A stretch of DNA of 64,000 nucleotides from Oculina patagonica. Lineage: Eukaryota. A program made the position numbers and the translations under genes. Below the pieces are notes generated by a model that was not told the origin of the DNA, did no database searches, and worked only from the letters and a program-made list of their open reading frames with translations. Below, piece by piece: positions 46,101 through 59,054 of this stretch (positions are counted from its first letter, which is position 1; each line of letters begins with the position of its first letter). The DNA lies in NCBI RefSeq assembly GCF_052425735.1, contig NC_135758.1, positions 28,024,001 through 28,088,000 of the forward strand, given 5' to 3'.

Positions 46101-47355
46101 ACAAAGGAAGAAGGTTTGCAACACTCTAGCCTGCGTAGCTGGCGGTATTGTTGGGTATTAAAGCGCCCGCTCGTTGTCGCGGCTTCGCCGCTTGCTGGTG
46201 GGCGCTTTACAACGCTTTAAAACGCTTTAATACGCTTTAATACCCAAAAATACCGCTAGCTACGCAGGCTACAACACTCGTAGTCGCTTTGGGCACGCTT
46301 AAAAGCTACAATGAGCGACAAGTCCATGAGACAGTTGATTGAAATAAATACTAAATTTAACATTCCCAGTTTCCACTCTAAATCCGGTGCAGCTTGTGTG
46401 CCACTTCCCCTCCCCCTTTTTCAATGCTGTATACAAACGGAGGCAAGTCTTGCAGATAGTAAATCCAACATTGTTTCGGGAGGGAGGGGGTAATATCGAA
46501 GGGCTGAGGGATAAAATTTGACCATTTAGGTATTCAAAAAGTGCCGAGTGTCTTAACAATTTTGGCGCTCATTGTACTGAGCTAATATTTTCGCACATTA
46601 ATTGACGTGCAAATTACTGTAGAATGTATCACATGAAGAAATGTTCAGCGGTTGAAATCAGTACCTACTTTTGTTTTGGTGTCATAAACCATTTTTACAA
46701 GCATATTTTTTAAAAGCAATTTTTTCAATTACTTTAGTGCCGTCATTACAACAGCAGCAACAAGGTGCAACAAGTGAATCAACAATTACCTTATATTATT
46801 CGCCTTTAAATTGATTAAACAGTAGCATAGCAAGTCTGAAGTATGTCTTGTTTACTGCGTAAGTTTATAGGTCGTGCAATGATTAGGAAATTAAAATTGC
46901 TATGGCTAAAATTTCCCCCCAGCATGGTCATGCAGTGAACACTTTTTATTAAATATTTCACTCACTAGCTGATTACAGTTTTCTTTTACGTTGTTTTTGG
47001 CAGGAAACGCTTGGTAACCGTAAAGGCCCGAGCCCAATTGACATCAAGCAGATGAACTTGCTGTACAAATGTTCTGGGGGTGGTGGTGGCGGTGGAGGTG
47101 GACCTAACCCTCCCCCTCCTCCCCCTCCAACAGGTTTGGTTACTTTGATAAATGACGTGCCATATTATAAAAGTAAAATAGTATACAGCGTGTTTCGGAA
47201 ACGGGTAGAGGAATTTTTGGAAAAAATGAGACGGTTTTTTTTTCTCAGATTGCCGGGACACTGGAAGGTACTGTAGTTACCATGTTCCCAGAGGAGACTG
47301 CAAAAGAATGCAAGTTGTAAGAGAGAAGTGCAAAAAGAGCTGTGGGTTGTGTTAA
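41794..47355 (+). CDS. Secreted astacin (M12A) zinc metalloprotease with Gly/Pro linker and C-terminal ShK domain, 8 coding exons
   Basis: Exons 41794-41851, 42254-42427, 42966-43092, 44375-44469, 45148-45231, 45910-46052, 47004-47133, 47249-47355, all GT-AG with consistent phases. Signal peptide [19 protein letters not shown] pro-motif, [24 protein letters not shown] Met-turn, six-Cys ShK ending [15 protein letters not shown] at 41734. Confidence 0.93.
42478..42652 (-). mobile_element. tRNA-derived SINE (intronic)
   Basis: Minus strand: A-box TAATGGTTAG, B-box GGTTCGAGGCC, then TGTGTTCTTGGGCAAGAC...CTCTCTCCACCCAGGTGTATAAATGGGTACC. Confidence 0.85.
43129..43283. repeat. (ATCA)n/(GTCA)n compound microsatellite
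   Basis: Tetranucleotide arrays in astacin 1 intron 3. Confidence 0.9.
43336..43899. mobile_element. PIF/Harbinger-like MITE
   Basis: TIR GGGTCTGTTTATATGGAG / CTCCGTATAAACAGGCCC with 3-bp TSD TGA. Confidence 0.85.
44831..44968. mobile_element. Tc1/mariner-type MITE
   Basis: TA-CAATAGAATCCCGATTTCTCGA ... AAGAAACCGGGATTCAACTG-TA. Confidence 0.75.
45505..45798 (-). mobile_element. SINE-like repeat remnant
   Basis: Blocks GACCAGACCACAACA...GCCCTACTCTTTGCGAT and GAGACGGGGCCTACAGTTTATCGTCCTTATCCGAGAAGACTAG, recognised from memory as a common cnidarian interspersed repeat. Confidence 0.5.
46127..46271. mobile_element. MITE with TAGCCTG termini and 8-bp TSD
   Basis: TIR TAGCCTGCGTAGCTGGCGGTATT / AATACCGCTAGCTACGCAGGCTA; CAACACTC on both flanks. 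Confidence 0.9.
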
Positions 47356-48516
47356 AACGAACCACTTGGATAGGGTAAGTTACAAGATAAAACATTTTAT
47401 GCGGTTTTAAATACCTGAAAGGAAAGCCTTGTGATTTGAAATTTGGATCTCTAGTCGTCTTTTTACTTTTAAGATGCAAGATGCAATTTTACCTTGCAAT
47501 AACACCTTGTTAATTTGCTTTTTTCTTCCTTGTACCTAATTAATCAGTAGGGTGCAAATTTCAAAGCCATTTTTCATTGTTATATGAAAGACATTTTTTT
47601 CTAGTTTTTATGACTGAAAAAATTCCTTCGCGGTGATTGGCTGTGGGTAGGCATTTAATCATAAATTTTACGTTAGTGCATATTAATTCGCGCGCGTTCA
47701 TAATTCTCTTAAAGAGAAATCATCAGAAAGCTCGAGTAATTTTACATAATTTACAATACTCTTGATATTTGATCGTTTTTTCAAGTTGCACACGCCTAAA
47801 CACTCGTACATTTTTGAAAGAAATTTTAAAAATCATTCGTGGTGTAAATCTTTAAAATCGTATGAATAAAAGCGCAAATAAGGGTTTACACTTCGAGTAA
47901 TATTAGAAAATTTTCTAAAAATTACACAGAAGCGTTTGGTTACTTTGAAACTAGACTCATAAATCTCTTATCAATGTGTCCATGGTGTTTTGAATCAATT
48001 ATGAGCATAACAAAAGTGTGAATAAATCGCGCCCTAACCTTTAATCCCTTAACAATGCTAGGCTTGATTTCTCATTAATTTTTTCATCGCATGAGACTGT
48101 TATCTTTATTGTGCATTTTCAGGTTGGCCCAGCTTGTATCATGGAAATCTCTTCTTACAGAGGATGATGAAATAAAATGATTAAATATAACATCAACACT
48201 GTGTGGCCAATCCGGCAATAAAGTAATGTTTAATAAACGAGCAGGAGAGCTTTATCAAGTTAAAAACACGAAGAGCAGCCAAATGTGTTTTAGACTTGAT
48301 AAAGCACGAACTGCGAGTTTATTGAACGGCTTCAAAAACCTCTGATGTAGATCTTTTCATTGCTGCACCGATATTTAGATTTTGGGTTATTTTGGCCAAG
48401 AATGTTGGACATAAAATTTAGCCGTGTCTTTATCAGATATAAAGACACTCATTAAACATTAATTTACTTTGTATTTTCTTAGTGAAATATAAATGAGTTT
48501 TTGAAAGGGTATCAAA

Positions 48517-48700
48517 TATAGAGCGTATTCACTCACGTGGCCGGCATCGATGCAAATTTATTGGAACAAAAAGAAGCGTTTACATAGAAAAGACTTCAAA
48601 TCCCGCAGGATCGGCTCGGTATACCAACATGGCCACCGTTTCATTATTCTGGAGCACCAATAATTTATGGCCGCGTGACGTCATGTAAATACGCTCTATA
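48517..48700. mobile_element. MITE (TATAGAGCG...CGCTCTATA)
   Basis: TIR TATAGAGCGTATTCAC / GTAAATACGCTCTATA. Confidence 0.75.
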
Positions 48701-51572
48701 ACCTGCAATTGGCGATGTTCCACGTTCTAATTGTTTTAAAGACCAGGTAAAGAGTAAGAAGAGGCGCGTAAAAATAGGCCTTATGCATGATAACGTCATA
48801 TGCTCAAAATTCACCACCAAGCCTCTTTTACGCGAATTATCCTCAACCCTCTGCCACCTTCAAGCAGTTTTCACGTGGGTATTCTTTTCAACTTTTCTGC
48901 TTTGAGAATTCGTTCATGATAAAATTTACAAGTTTGTACTTCGAAAGCGAGGCTTGATGGTGAAACTAGCCACTCTGACGTAAACATGCATAAGGGCTAT
49001 TGGTCTGGTAGCATCCAGGCCATCAGGGTTATGCTGAATACGGTCGCACAACATCATAACAGCAAACCAGGGACCATCCGAACAACTGACTGTTGTAAGG
49101 TGGTGACAGTTGTAGGGAGAGTTTGCTTTGGTAAAAGTATTACTAACCGTCAACTGTCAAAACACGTCAAAAAGCGATATTTTAACCGTCAACTGACAAA
49201 CGTACACCCCTATCGAGACCCTCAGTTTTATTTAGATCTACGCACGGTCGTGACAAAGAAACTGAATGGCCATCATATAGAAAGGAGGCCATTAGCATCG
49301 AGAAGTTGCCATCAGCGGATTTTTAACTGTATTACCAGCGACTAGTATTGACACGATGCTTAACGATTAGATAAGATTAAACCAAGTTTTAGTTGCGATA
49401 TTTGCGCCCGTCTGCCGCGTCTTTCCTTTTTCTCGTGTTTAAAAGTGACTTAAACAACTTTAGCAAACAAAGGGGATTTTTAAGCATCTCAAACCACGAT
49501 TTCCACGGAACTGACAGTAAGTTTGGTAAAACCCATTTCAACAATTTTGTCCAGTGGAAGGGTACAGGGCAGGAGCCTGGGTGTAAAGGTAGTGGGAACA
49601 CTACGGGAGGTGGGAGAAGACAGGGCGGGAAGCGGGATTCCCAAGCTAGGCAGAAACGGTCAAAATGGGCGGGAACAACTAAGGAGGGGAGGAGTGGTTG
49701 GGGGTACAAAAATGTGAGGTTAAGCCCCCTTGCACTCTCTTTTACCTTCCTCATCGGTTTTGTTTCGTGTTTTCTGTCCGGGTTTGAGCATTTACCTTAT
49801 GGCAACTATTTCTATAGATTACAAAAGTAATGTATTTTAAAATTTAATGAAAAATTTTGCAGAAGATTTTGTCGACATTACCTAGATTTATAGGGTGAGA
49901 CCCCTTTATATCATCAGTAAAGAAATTAATTCGCGAAAAGCACCTTTAAAGACCGAAAGTGCGAAAGTGAAAGAATCCTTTGTTTTTGTTTGAGTTAACA
50001 GGCCAACAAAAACATCTCGATCACTCTGGGTAATAATAACAATAATTAAAGCAACAACGGTGCGCACGCGCAGGCACCTCTTTTCGAGACTCATTCGTTA
50101 CCAGGACCAGTTACTGCGGTTGCAGAGTAATCTCGTTCCCATATCTACAAGATTACTGGCAGAGGTCAAAGCTGCAGCCCTTGTTGTGTGCTCTTGGGCA
50201 AGACACACTCTACTCTTAACCTAAAATGTTAGTCGTCCCCTTGTTCCTTGACCCAGGTTTGGGTCGAGAGACGTGGAAATAACTGGCAGTTCAGGCTAAC
50301 CCTACCCTGGGAGACCTTAGTGGAGGGGGCTGGGGTACCTTCTGCTACAAACAAGCATTCATCCAGGGAAAACGATAGTTTTCGTGCTAAGGAAAACGTC
50401 CGGAGGCTCGTAAACTTATTTTCATGTTTACTTATACCCCATTCACACCAACAGAACACGTTTAGTTGAACCAGGTTTAATAAATTGAAAATCAGCAACC
50501 GAACTGAACTGAAAGAGTGAATTTCACATAAAGTTCAGAGAAACTCTAACTTGTGCTTTCATGCATTAAGCTAAATCTAAAGTGGACCAACATCAGTCAG
50601 AAAATTTTACGAAGAAAACAATTTTAAACCGTGAACTAAACAGCTTTCATGCAAAAGTGTCTTAGTTTTGATGTAAATGGGGTATTACTGTACCATGAGG
50701 AACAAAACATATAAAAATCATATATAAATCAACCATGCAATCGCCGTCATGCCATGTCGCAAATAAATATACTCGAATAATAAAATTCTTCAACGTTAGT
50801 AAGAGCGCGTGTTTATGCGTGTGCCAGTGGGAGCAATCGTTTACATAAGTATATACTTTCGAATACTCCCAAATTTTCTCGAGCAAAACGTAAAAATTTA
50901 CACTTTATTGAACTAGTTAGTTGAAAAACATCTAGATATTGCTTCTGTGTATGTAAGAAGAAATTGAATCACTTTGGGGAGTTACAAGTTTTTGATGCAT
51001 GCTTTTTGGTTTAACCTGATACCTGGTGGGGAAAGACGTCGCCATGAGTACGAAGCCTGAAAAAAATCCATGGCATTCAGCTGGGGAGTGCTTTGACCTC
51101 ATTATCTCCTCTCTACTCGACCAGTGCAATGCTCTACGAACTGGGTTATGAAAAGTAAATTGGAAGCATACGAAATGTGTGTTCACATGTCCCCGAAAGA
51201 AAAACATACAAACATGAATAAGAAATGATTATCACAACTGTTTTTGTAATTTTTAAAGCAATTTCAAAGGAACCTGAAGCTTCACGGGCAAGGGACTTGC
51301 ATGATTCAGCTGGGGTGATGTTGCATGATTCAGCTGGGCTGATGTTTCATGTCCTTTGTAAATAATCGCGTGTTCCTCAGTAAACACCATCACATATTTT
51401 GTTTATGCAGCCGCGGGTTTCTTGTGATGATGATTGTCAGCCTTTTCTTCTTGAACCCAGGTCCTATACTGCTGTGCTAACAAAATAACACAGGTGTCTT
51501 GGGTATACAAGTGTTTCACGATGATATAAAATAAAAACATTCGTTGTGGTTCCTTCACCCAACGCTGTGAAA

Positions 51573-54500
51573 ATGTTGCTGTTCATGGTTGTTGCGTGTT
51601 TGGGTAGCGCCTTGGGTTATAGCCCAGAAGGTAGGTGTGAATGACTTATTTTACTGCAAAGTATTGGGGGGACATTGGGGGGTGTTCACCCTCACGCCAT
51701 ATTAGGTCATCCCAATAAAATGTTTCTTTTCCCATCGCCCCGTCTCTTGTGATGGTAAGTCGGTCGGTCGGGCAAATAAAAAAGAATGAATACTTTAAGG
51801 GGTCTGGGTTCATTTAAGAAGCCAGGAGATGCAGAACCGAAAGATTTTGTTTCAGTCGATCTCGCTGAGAATGTTGGAACAAGCGTTAATGCCCTTGGCA
51901 CGAAACAGCCTTTGAAACTTATCGATGTATCGATGTTAATTAAAGACAAGGACATCACATCATACCAATGTTGATAATAAAACTAGATCGTGTGCTTGTA
52001 AATCAAAGTACTTGCCTCTTTGACTAGTGAATCTGGATTTTCTTTTACATTTCGAAAAAAATGGGTCGGTCGGGCGATGGGAAACGAAACATTTTATTTG
52101 GATGGCCCTACCGCAAAAAAATTGGCAAATACCGCAATTTCATAGTAAGCCTACATAGCGGGCGGATTCGTTGACGCGAAGGCAAAAATCGAACAGTTGG
52201 ACCGCGGAAACAATGATACGACCTTAAAATGATTGTCAAAACAGACTAATTGTAGATTAAAATGTTTGACAAATTAGGGCTGTTTCAGCTTGCTTCCAAA
52301 ATGACCAGAAACGGGTGGGCTAAAAATGGTGGGAAAAAGAAGCGCTAAGCTAAGAAAACGCATCCCGCGGGTTTGGAGAATTCCGTAACACTGCGAATCA
52401 AGATTAAAATAACCGAAATATCGCATAAAAAATTGGCTAATACTGCAACACCGCAAACCCCAATGTCCCCCTCAGTATTGTATTGACATCTGGCAGGCGC
52501 GGTAATTGACATAATGGTTAGACCTTTGGACCAATCTAGATCGCACTGTCCGGGTTCGAGTTCTGACCTGGGTCATTACGTTCTCTTCTTGAGAAAAGGC
52601 ACTTTGTTCTGTCATTACCTTTCTCCACGTAGGTAGTTTTAGGCATCAAAGAACTGTTAGAGCAATTTGACAAAGTGGAGGGGACTAGCTAAAATAAAGA
52701 AACCGGGATACGCTCTAGCTATAGTGCTTTGCAATGAAATATGTTATAGTGATAAGTTAAGGTTTATAATTATCCTTAGCTTCTAGTCTACTCAGGAATC
52801 GGTGGTATTCACAAGAAAAAGTGTCCTAACGTTTGCATTGATCATGAATTCGCTAGAATTCTGCACCGGCTTGTTGTTTCGTTTCATTTTTTTTTCTTAA
52901 GAAATGTACAGTCAAGATCATTTCTCAGATTTCCTGTTTGTTAACCTATTAGTCATCTCCAAACTAACTAAATTTCTAGCTTTTGCTTTACACTGTCTGA
53001 GTCCGCACATTAAATTATAAACGGTTCGTGAGAGTAAAAAGAAAAACTCTCGATTAAGCCTTAAATTCTTCCCAGGCGAATTAAACGAAATTGATATAAG
53101 AAAAGCAATTGGGAACATATGGATACTGAGCCTGGAAGAACAGCATATTACAGTCATCGTACCAACTTCATTTACGTATTATCAAAATGCTCTAAAAAGT
53201 CACTGGTTAGTGCAGATTCAAAAGATCGTTTAAACTAAATATCTCCTGGCGTTTACTTTATTAATTGCCACTCAGTTTCAATATTTGATTTGGTACCGCC
53301 ACAAGCACGATCGTGAGATATAGGTATCTTATTTTTTAGAGCTATCAGAATTAAATAAAACACGTTGAGTAGTAAAAGATGGTGGCTCTCAATATACAAG
53401 TCAAGACTATATTTGCGATTCATGATGCTCTCTTTAATGTATATAGAGAACATAGGAGTTGGAGATCCTAATCTGTTTGAAGGGGACATGATCCTAACTC
53501 GTGAACAAAGGGCCGCTGCAGAGGCGGGCCAGGACGTTGACGCAGTGAGCCGGGGCTCCATCAAGAGGGGCTTGTGGAGAGAAGGAGTTTTGGTCTATGA
53601 AATTTCCAGTAGTTTGCGTAAGTTAATCAGTCTTGTAAAAAGATAAATCAATAGATGGATGAAGTATAATGTTTCAACGCCTTTCAAGTTCGCAAGTGAG
53701 ACAGCGGTTCATATCCTTAAAAGCGAAAATGTCCTGCGCAGCGTTAATTTAAATGAACCCATTGGATTAAATGTAAAGTTTAACGCTGGAAAGTTCAATG
53801 TAAAATACTAAACGTTTCGGCAGTGCTGCCTTCATCAGTAGTAGTAGTAGTAGTACTACTACTACTACTACTACTGATGAAGGCAGCACTGCCGAAACGT
53901 TTAGTATTTTACATTGAACTTTCCAGCGTTAAACTTTACATTTAATCCAATGGGTTCATATCCTTAGTCTTGTTCAGCTTATAGCCTGTTAGATTATAGC
54001 CTGTAATTATGTCAAGGGAAGTTATGGACACAATACGAGAACTTCAAGAAGAATGCTCCTATCACGCTTAAATGCAAAAAAAATCAGGCCTCAGAAAATT
54101 CCATTCCAGTGGTACTTGTCTATGGAACGAACTGTCCCCAAGTCGCAATACGCTTTTCAAAAAGCCTTCAGGCAAACAATTACTGACCCACAAAATCGTA
54201 TTGTTCTCTCGCTGCAATATATCGAATATTGCAGCCATGAAATGCAGCCATAAAATCGTCCATGTCAAAAATAGGGTTTTTCGCCTGCAATATACCCAAT
54301 AATGCTATGAACCGAAGTAATAAATAATAAATAAAGGCGTTACTGAAAAGCTCTGCTTTTAGCATGCTTGACAGTGCTCTTGAAAATCGCAGATCGAGTT
54401 GGCTTTTCTTTACAACCTTTGTACCACGTTTCATTATAAGAAAATTACGTTTTTACAATCTCGATTCCGACATGGGCCTTTTTTTAGGAAACACCTCGGG

Positions 54501-57500
54501 TATGTTTTGTATTTTATTTGGCCCAATATTTCGGCTGGACAAAACTAACCTTTATCAGAGGCATACATTGCTAAGTGAGTGTGAAAAAAAAAAAACAATT
54601 ACAAAATTTGTTGTTAGCCTTACGTGGGCCGCAACTTGAGCTCTACACTTAAAAAGCAAAGCTAACTAATATTAAAATACTTCTCTATAAAAAATACTAT
54701 GTATGAATAAAAATACTGCACTGCAGTTTACCTTTCGGTTATTAATTACTTTCAACAATATCAGCTAAAATGGCAAGTCCTACATAGTGGCTAAATAAAA
54801 GTATAGCAATTTTCTACAATTTCTTTTTTCTCTCTACAGGTAGAAGTTCTCGAGCAATGAACGCTATTCGAGCTGGAATGAAAATGTGGTCTGACAATAC
54901 TTGCATCAAGTTCAGAGAAAGGAGAGGAAACGAAAGAAGCTACGCTTACTTTCAAACGGGTGGAGGGTAATATTAATACAAGCAAAAGCAGCTCGAAATA
55001 AGCTTCAATTTTGGAGTTTTGGTGACTTTATTTAGACGAAAACTTGGATATTGCAGAGAATTAGGAAGGAAAAAATTTAGGAATAGGCGACGAGGTTTCG
55101 AGCACGTTCCACGAACTTTTTTCGGCCGCGAACACCAAATCATCATAAAGAATTTTTCTTGCCTTACATTCTTAAAGGGAACCTCCACTCTAACTACAGG
55201 TTGACGTTGAATTGTTTGAAATAATACCTAAATTCGAAATCTAACAGGAAAAGAGAAAATAACATTTAAAAGCAACAAAAAGTGGAAACGATTGTCGCTT
55301 TTAAATTTCCCGCGCGCCGCCATTTTGGATTTTATTGACGTGTAATGGTTTCTACCATTGTTTATTGTTAGGAAGCAGAGAATCTTTTCTTTGTTATTAA
55401 TTACCTTGGGGGGGGCGCCAAATCCATAATCTTTCCCAATTTTTGTTATTATTTTAAAAAAAGGTTATTTCTCCATTTTCCTGTAAAATTTTGAATTTAG
55501 GCATTATATTTCAAACAATTCGATGTCCACTTGTTATAAGATTTGAGATTTCTCTTTAACCAATTTGTCGTGGAATTATCTAGGTGTTCATCGATGGTAG
55601 GGCAGACTGGGCGAAGGCAGGCTATCACTCTGGCCTCAGGATGCTGGACTAATGGAATCGTAGCTCATGAGATTGGTAAGTTGACCACTTCCTCCCGACC
55701 ACATTTCGACTTTTGTTAAGTGAGCCCATTTATAAAGGCTGTTGGATCGTAATAGAAAGTTGGGTAAAGTCAGATGATCCACACTGCCCGCACCTTTAAT
55801 TTAGCAAAAGTGGTTTTGCTAAGCATTGGAGTTCCTGCCCTTCGAAAGAAGTTTATTTCATGTTTTATTGATAGGCCATTAGAAACCTTGTTTCTAAAGG
55901 ATATTAGGAGTCGTATATAACTCTAAAAAAAAAAACAAAGAAAAAAAAAGAATTACATATTTACGGCTTTCAGGGAATCAGTGCACGGGCATTCTATAGG
56001 CTTTATTCTCAATATATTAACGGCGTTTTGCGGTTCCTCATTTTACCTGTGTTGTTTTAGGTCACGCACTTGGTTTTTACCACGAACAATCCAGGCCTGA
56101 CAGAGATCAGTATGTCACCATTTATCGACAAAACATTCGGCGAGGTAATATAATGGCAATACAATTTTGACGCAATCGGTAAATTATGCTACACCTTCCT
56201 TATTTCTATAATCATCACACTATTTATTTGCGTTATTGTCTGATTTTACATTTAATATTTATTAGGTAAAATAGTCTGGCATTCGATAGTCATGAATCAA
56301 TGGGGAACAATTTGAAATTGTTTTGGATATTTTTAGGGTTTCCTTTACAGACACTGTAAGGTAACAACTACAACGGTTTCGTTTTACATACAAAACAAAG
56401 TTGCTGAGCGGCAATAAAGAACTCAGCAAATTGTGATTATTTAAAGCTTTAAAACAGTGTTCCATCGGCTACTTTTGTCAACTGAATTTGTCTACTAACA
56501 AAAAATAGCAAAACTTTCTAACCGTACCTGTTAGTTTAAAGAGACTGTGTCAAAGATTGTAGCCAAATTTAGTCCCTGCAATGACCATCAAATTCGGTGA
56601 AATACAAAAATAACCACTTAAAACAGTGAAGGAACATTTCAATAACACAGCAAATACAAAAGAAGGTACGGATGGCCAAAGTGAAGAAGATTGAAATGGA
56701 TTGCGATATGGGTTTTTAAAATATTGTTGGGCTGAACAGTTTTCAAAATTTAAAGTTAGCCTAACTTTGAAAGACGGTCTTGTTTGTTTAAAAGTTTGAA
56801 TTATAACGCCTGGGAGACACATTTGGCTACAATGAAGTCTTGGTTTTGTCATTAAGATCCATAGAAATAATTTCTTAGCAAACACTAAGGTTCATAGCAA
56901 GTATTTGAGCCGTGACACAGTCCCTTAATTTAACGTCGTGACAATACATCATTTTACACAACAAAATCCGAACCAAAAGCCATGTAGGGGAACCCAACCA
57001 AGAAACTTAACGTTTCCCCGCCTAATTATAGTGTTACATCTGCATTTAAGGTATGGAGTTCAACTTCAACAAATACGGTCGTTCAACCATTGATTCCCTT
57101 GGAACACCGTACGACTACGGCAGTGTCATGCATTATGACTCCAGAGCCTTCAGCAGGAATGGGCGGCCGACTATTGTTCCAAAGCAACAGGGGGTTAGTA
57201 AAACAAGGCAGTGCGCGACATAAAGATGGATGCAGGCCCTGGATGTCCCCATTGGGGACTGTCAACTGTTTGTGATGTATTTTAGGATACCTAATAATAT
57301 TGTTCGTGAAATGGACCTATTTCCCGGATACGGCATCATTTAAACCGAGACCTAAACTATTTTGGATATCACACAAAAACCGAATTTTTAAATAAAGACA
57401 AAGGATCTCAGCACAAGTGGCTCCATATGGAGCCAAAGAACCTCGAAGACCATTTCACCATCTTAAAGAAATGCAAGAGTAAACTTGACTGCCTGATATA

Positions 57501-58996
57501 TGAAATGTTACATATCAGAGAATTTCAGCCAACACTCAATATACAATCAGACTCAATCAGAGCAAAATTGTCTGCATAATTGTATACGTATTTATATGCA
57601 AGAACAAACGCCAAACATTTCACTTGACAATGACATCTGATGATGTTTAAACGTCGTATATTATATTGAAAATATTTCCACAAGCTTTACTTATTCGAAC
57701 ACCTACAGATTATTCACTAATCTGCCAGCAAATTAGTTAACAATCGTAGGTAGTGCTGATTCCCAGAATTAACTGTACGCTCTAAGCCAGTGAGATAAGA
57801 TAGATAGATTTTATTTAAAAAAAAACATTGCAGCCGCCACCACCCCCCCCCCCTTGAGGTTTTTTCGAATTTTTAAAAAGAGGATTTACTCTGCAATGCT
57901 GAAACTTTCAGTAGCTGTTCATTGATCCCTTGCAAAAATTTTGATACGTCAATCATGTGTCCATGATATTTGACGTTGCCATGGCAACGTTATAATTACA
58001 AGCATGTCCTGTCAAAAATCGTCATTTTCAACATTTTTCTTTATTTTTCTAGTTTTTTGAAAGAGAATTGCACGATTTGAATATTTTGCGTTCATCCTGG
58101 CTTGATTTTGCATCAATTTCCGTTATTGTGACTTTCTAAAAAAATGGTGAAATCCAAGATGGCGGATCCAAGATGGCGGCTATAATGACGTCACGTGACG
58201 TCATATGACTTCACAGCCAACAAAAAATATGTCATCTTGTAGAGTTCGCTACGGGCTTTCTACTCAGTGCAAAAAAATATTTCGCTGCGCCTTAACAGTA
58301 CGAAAACTCAGGAAGGGGTCCCATCCACCCCCCCCCTCCCCTCAGTCCCCTGTACGATGGTGGGGGTACGAGTTTGCTTGTACGTCCGAGGGTTAAACTA
58401 ATGATGGGTCATTTTATTTTATTTTATTTTGGTGCACGCTAGGAAACACTTGCACACCCTACCTTCAAAATGAGCATTCAGCTGAGAATAATTTCACTCA
58501 TTTTTTTGGCAGGTAACACTTGGAAACCGGCGGTACCTGAGCAAAATCGACATCCAACAGATGAACCTGTTGTACAAGTGTTCTGGGGGTGGTGGTGGGC
58601 CTAATCCTCCCCCTCCCCCTTCTACAAATGCACCTCCAGGTTCGTGTGTGCTAGTGTGCTAGACTAGTAAATTAAACGTTTTTCTTTTCGACAAATTTAC
58701 ACTGCTGTCGATGTCGTGTTGTATAAGCAAAAGCTTCGTTGTAAGCTTGGTTAATTAACTGANNNNNNNNNNNNNNNNNNNNNNNNNNNNNNNNNNNNNN
58801 NNNNNNNNNNNNNNNNNNNNNNNNNNNNNNNNNNNNNNNNNNNNNNNNNNNNNNNNNNNNNNNNNNNNNNNNNNNNNNNNNNNNNNNNNNNNNNNNNNNN
58901 NNNNNNNNNNNNNNNNNATTGGTCAGTTGCCTGCTTGCTTCCTTCCTTCCTTCCTTGCTGCTTGCTTCCTTGGTTAGTCGGTTGGTGGTTGGATGG

Positions 58997-59054
<58 letters not shown>

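Noticed and set aside
49389-49830. 121-145 aa ORFs between the astacin genes
   Set aside because: Non-ATG or motif-free ORFs over a G-rich, repeat-like stretch with no splice support.
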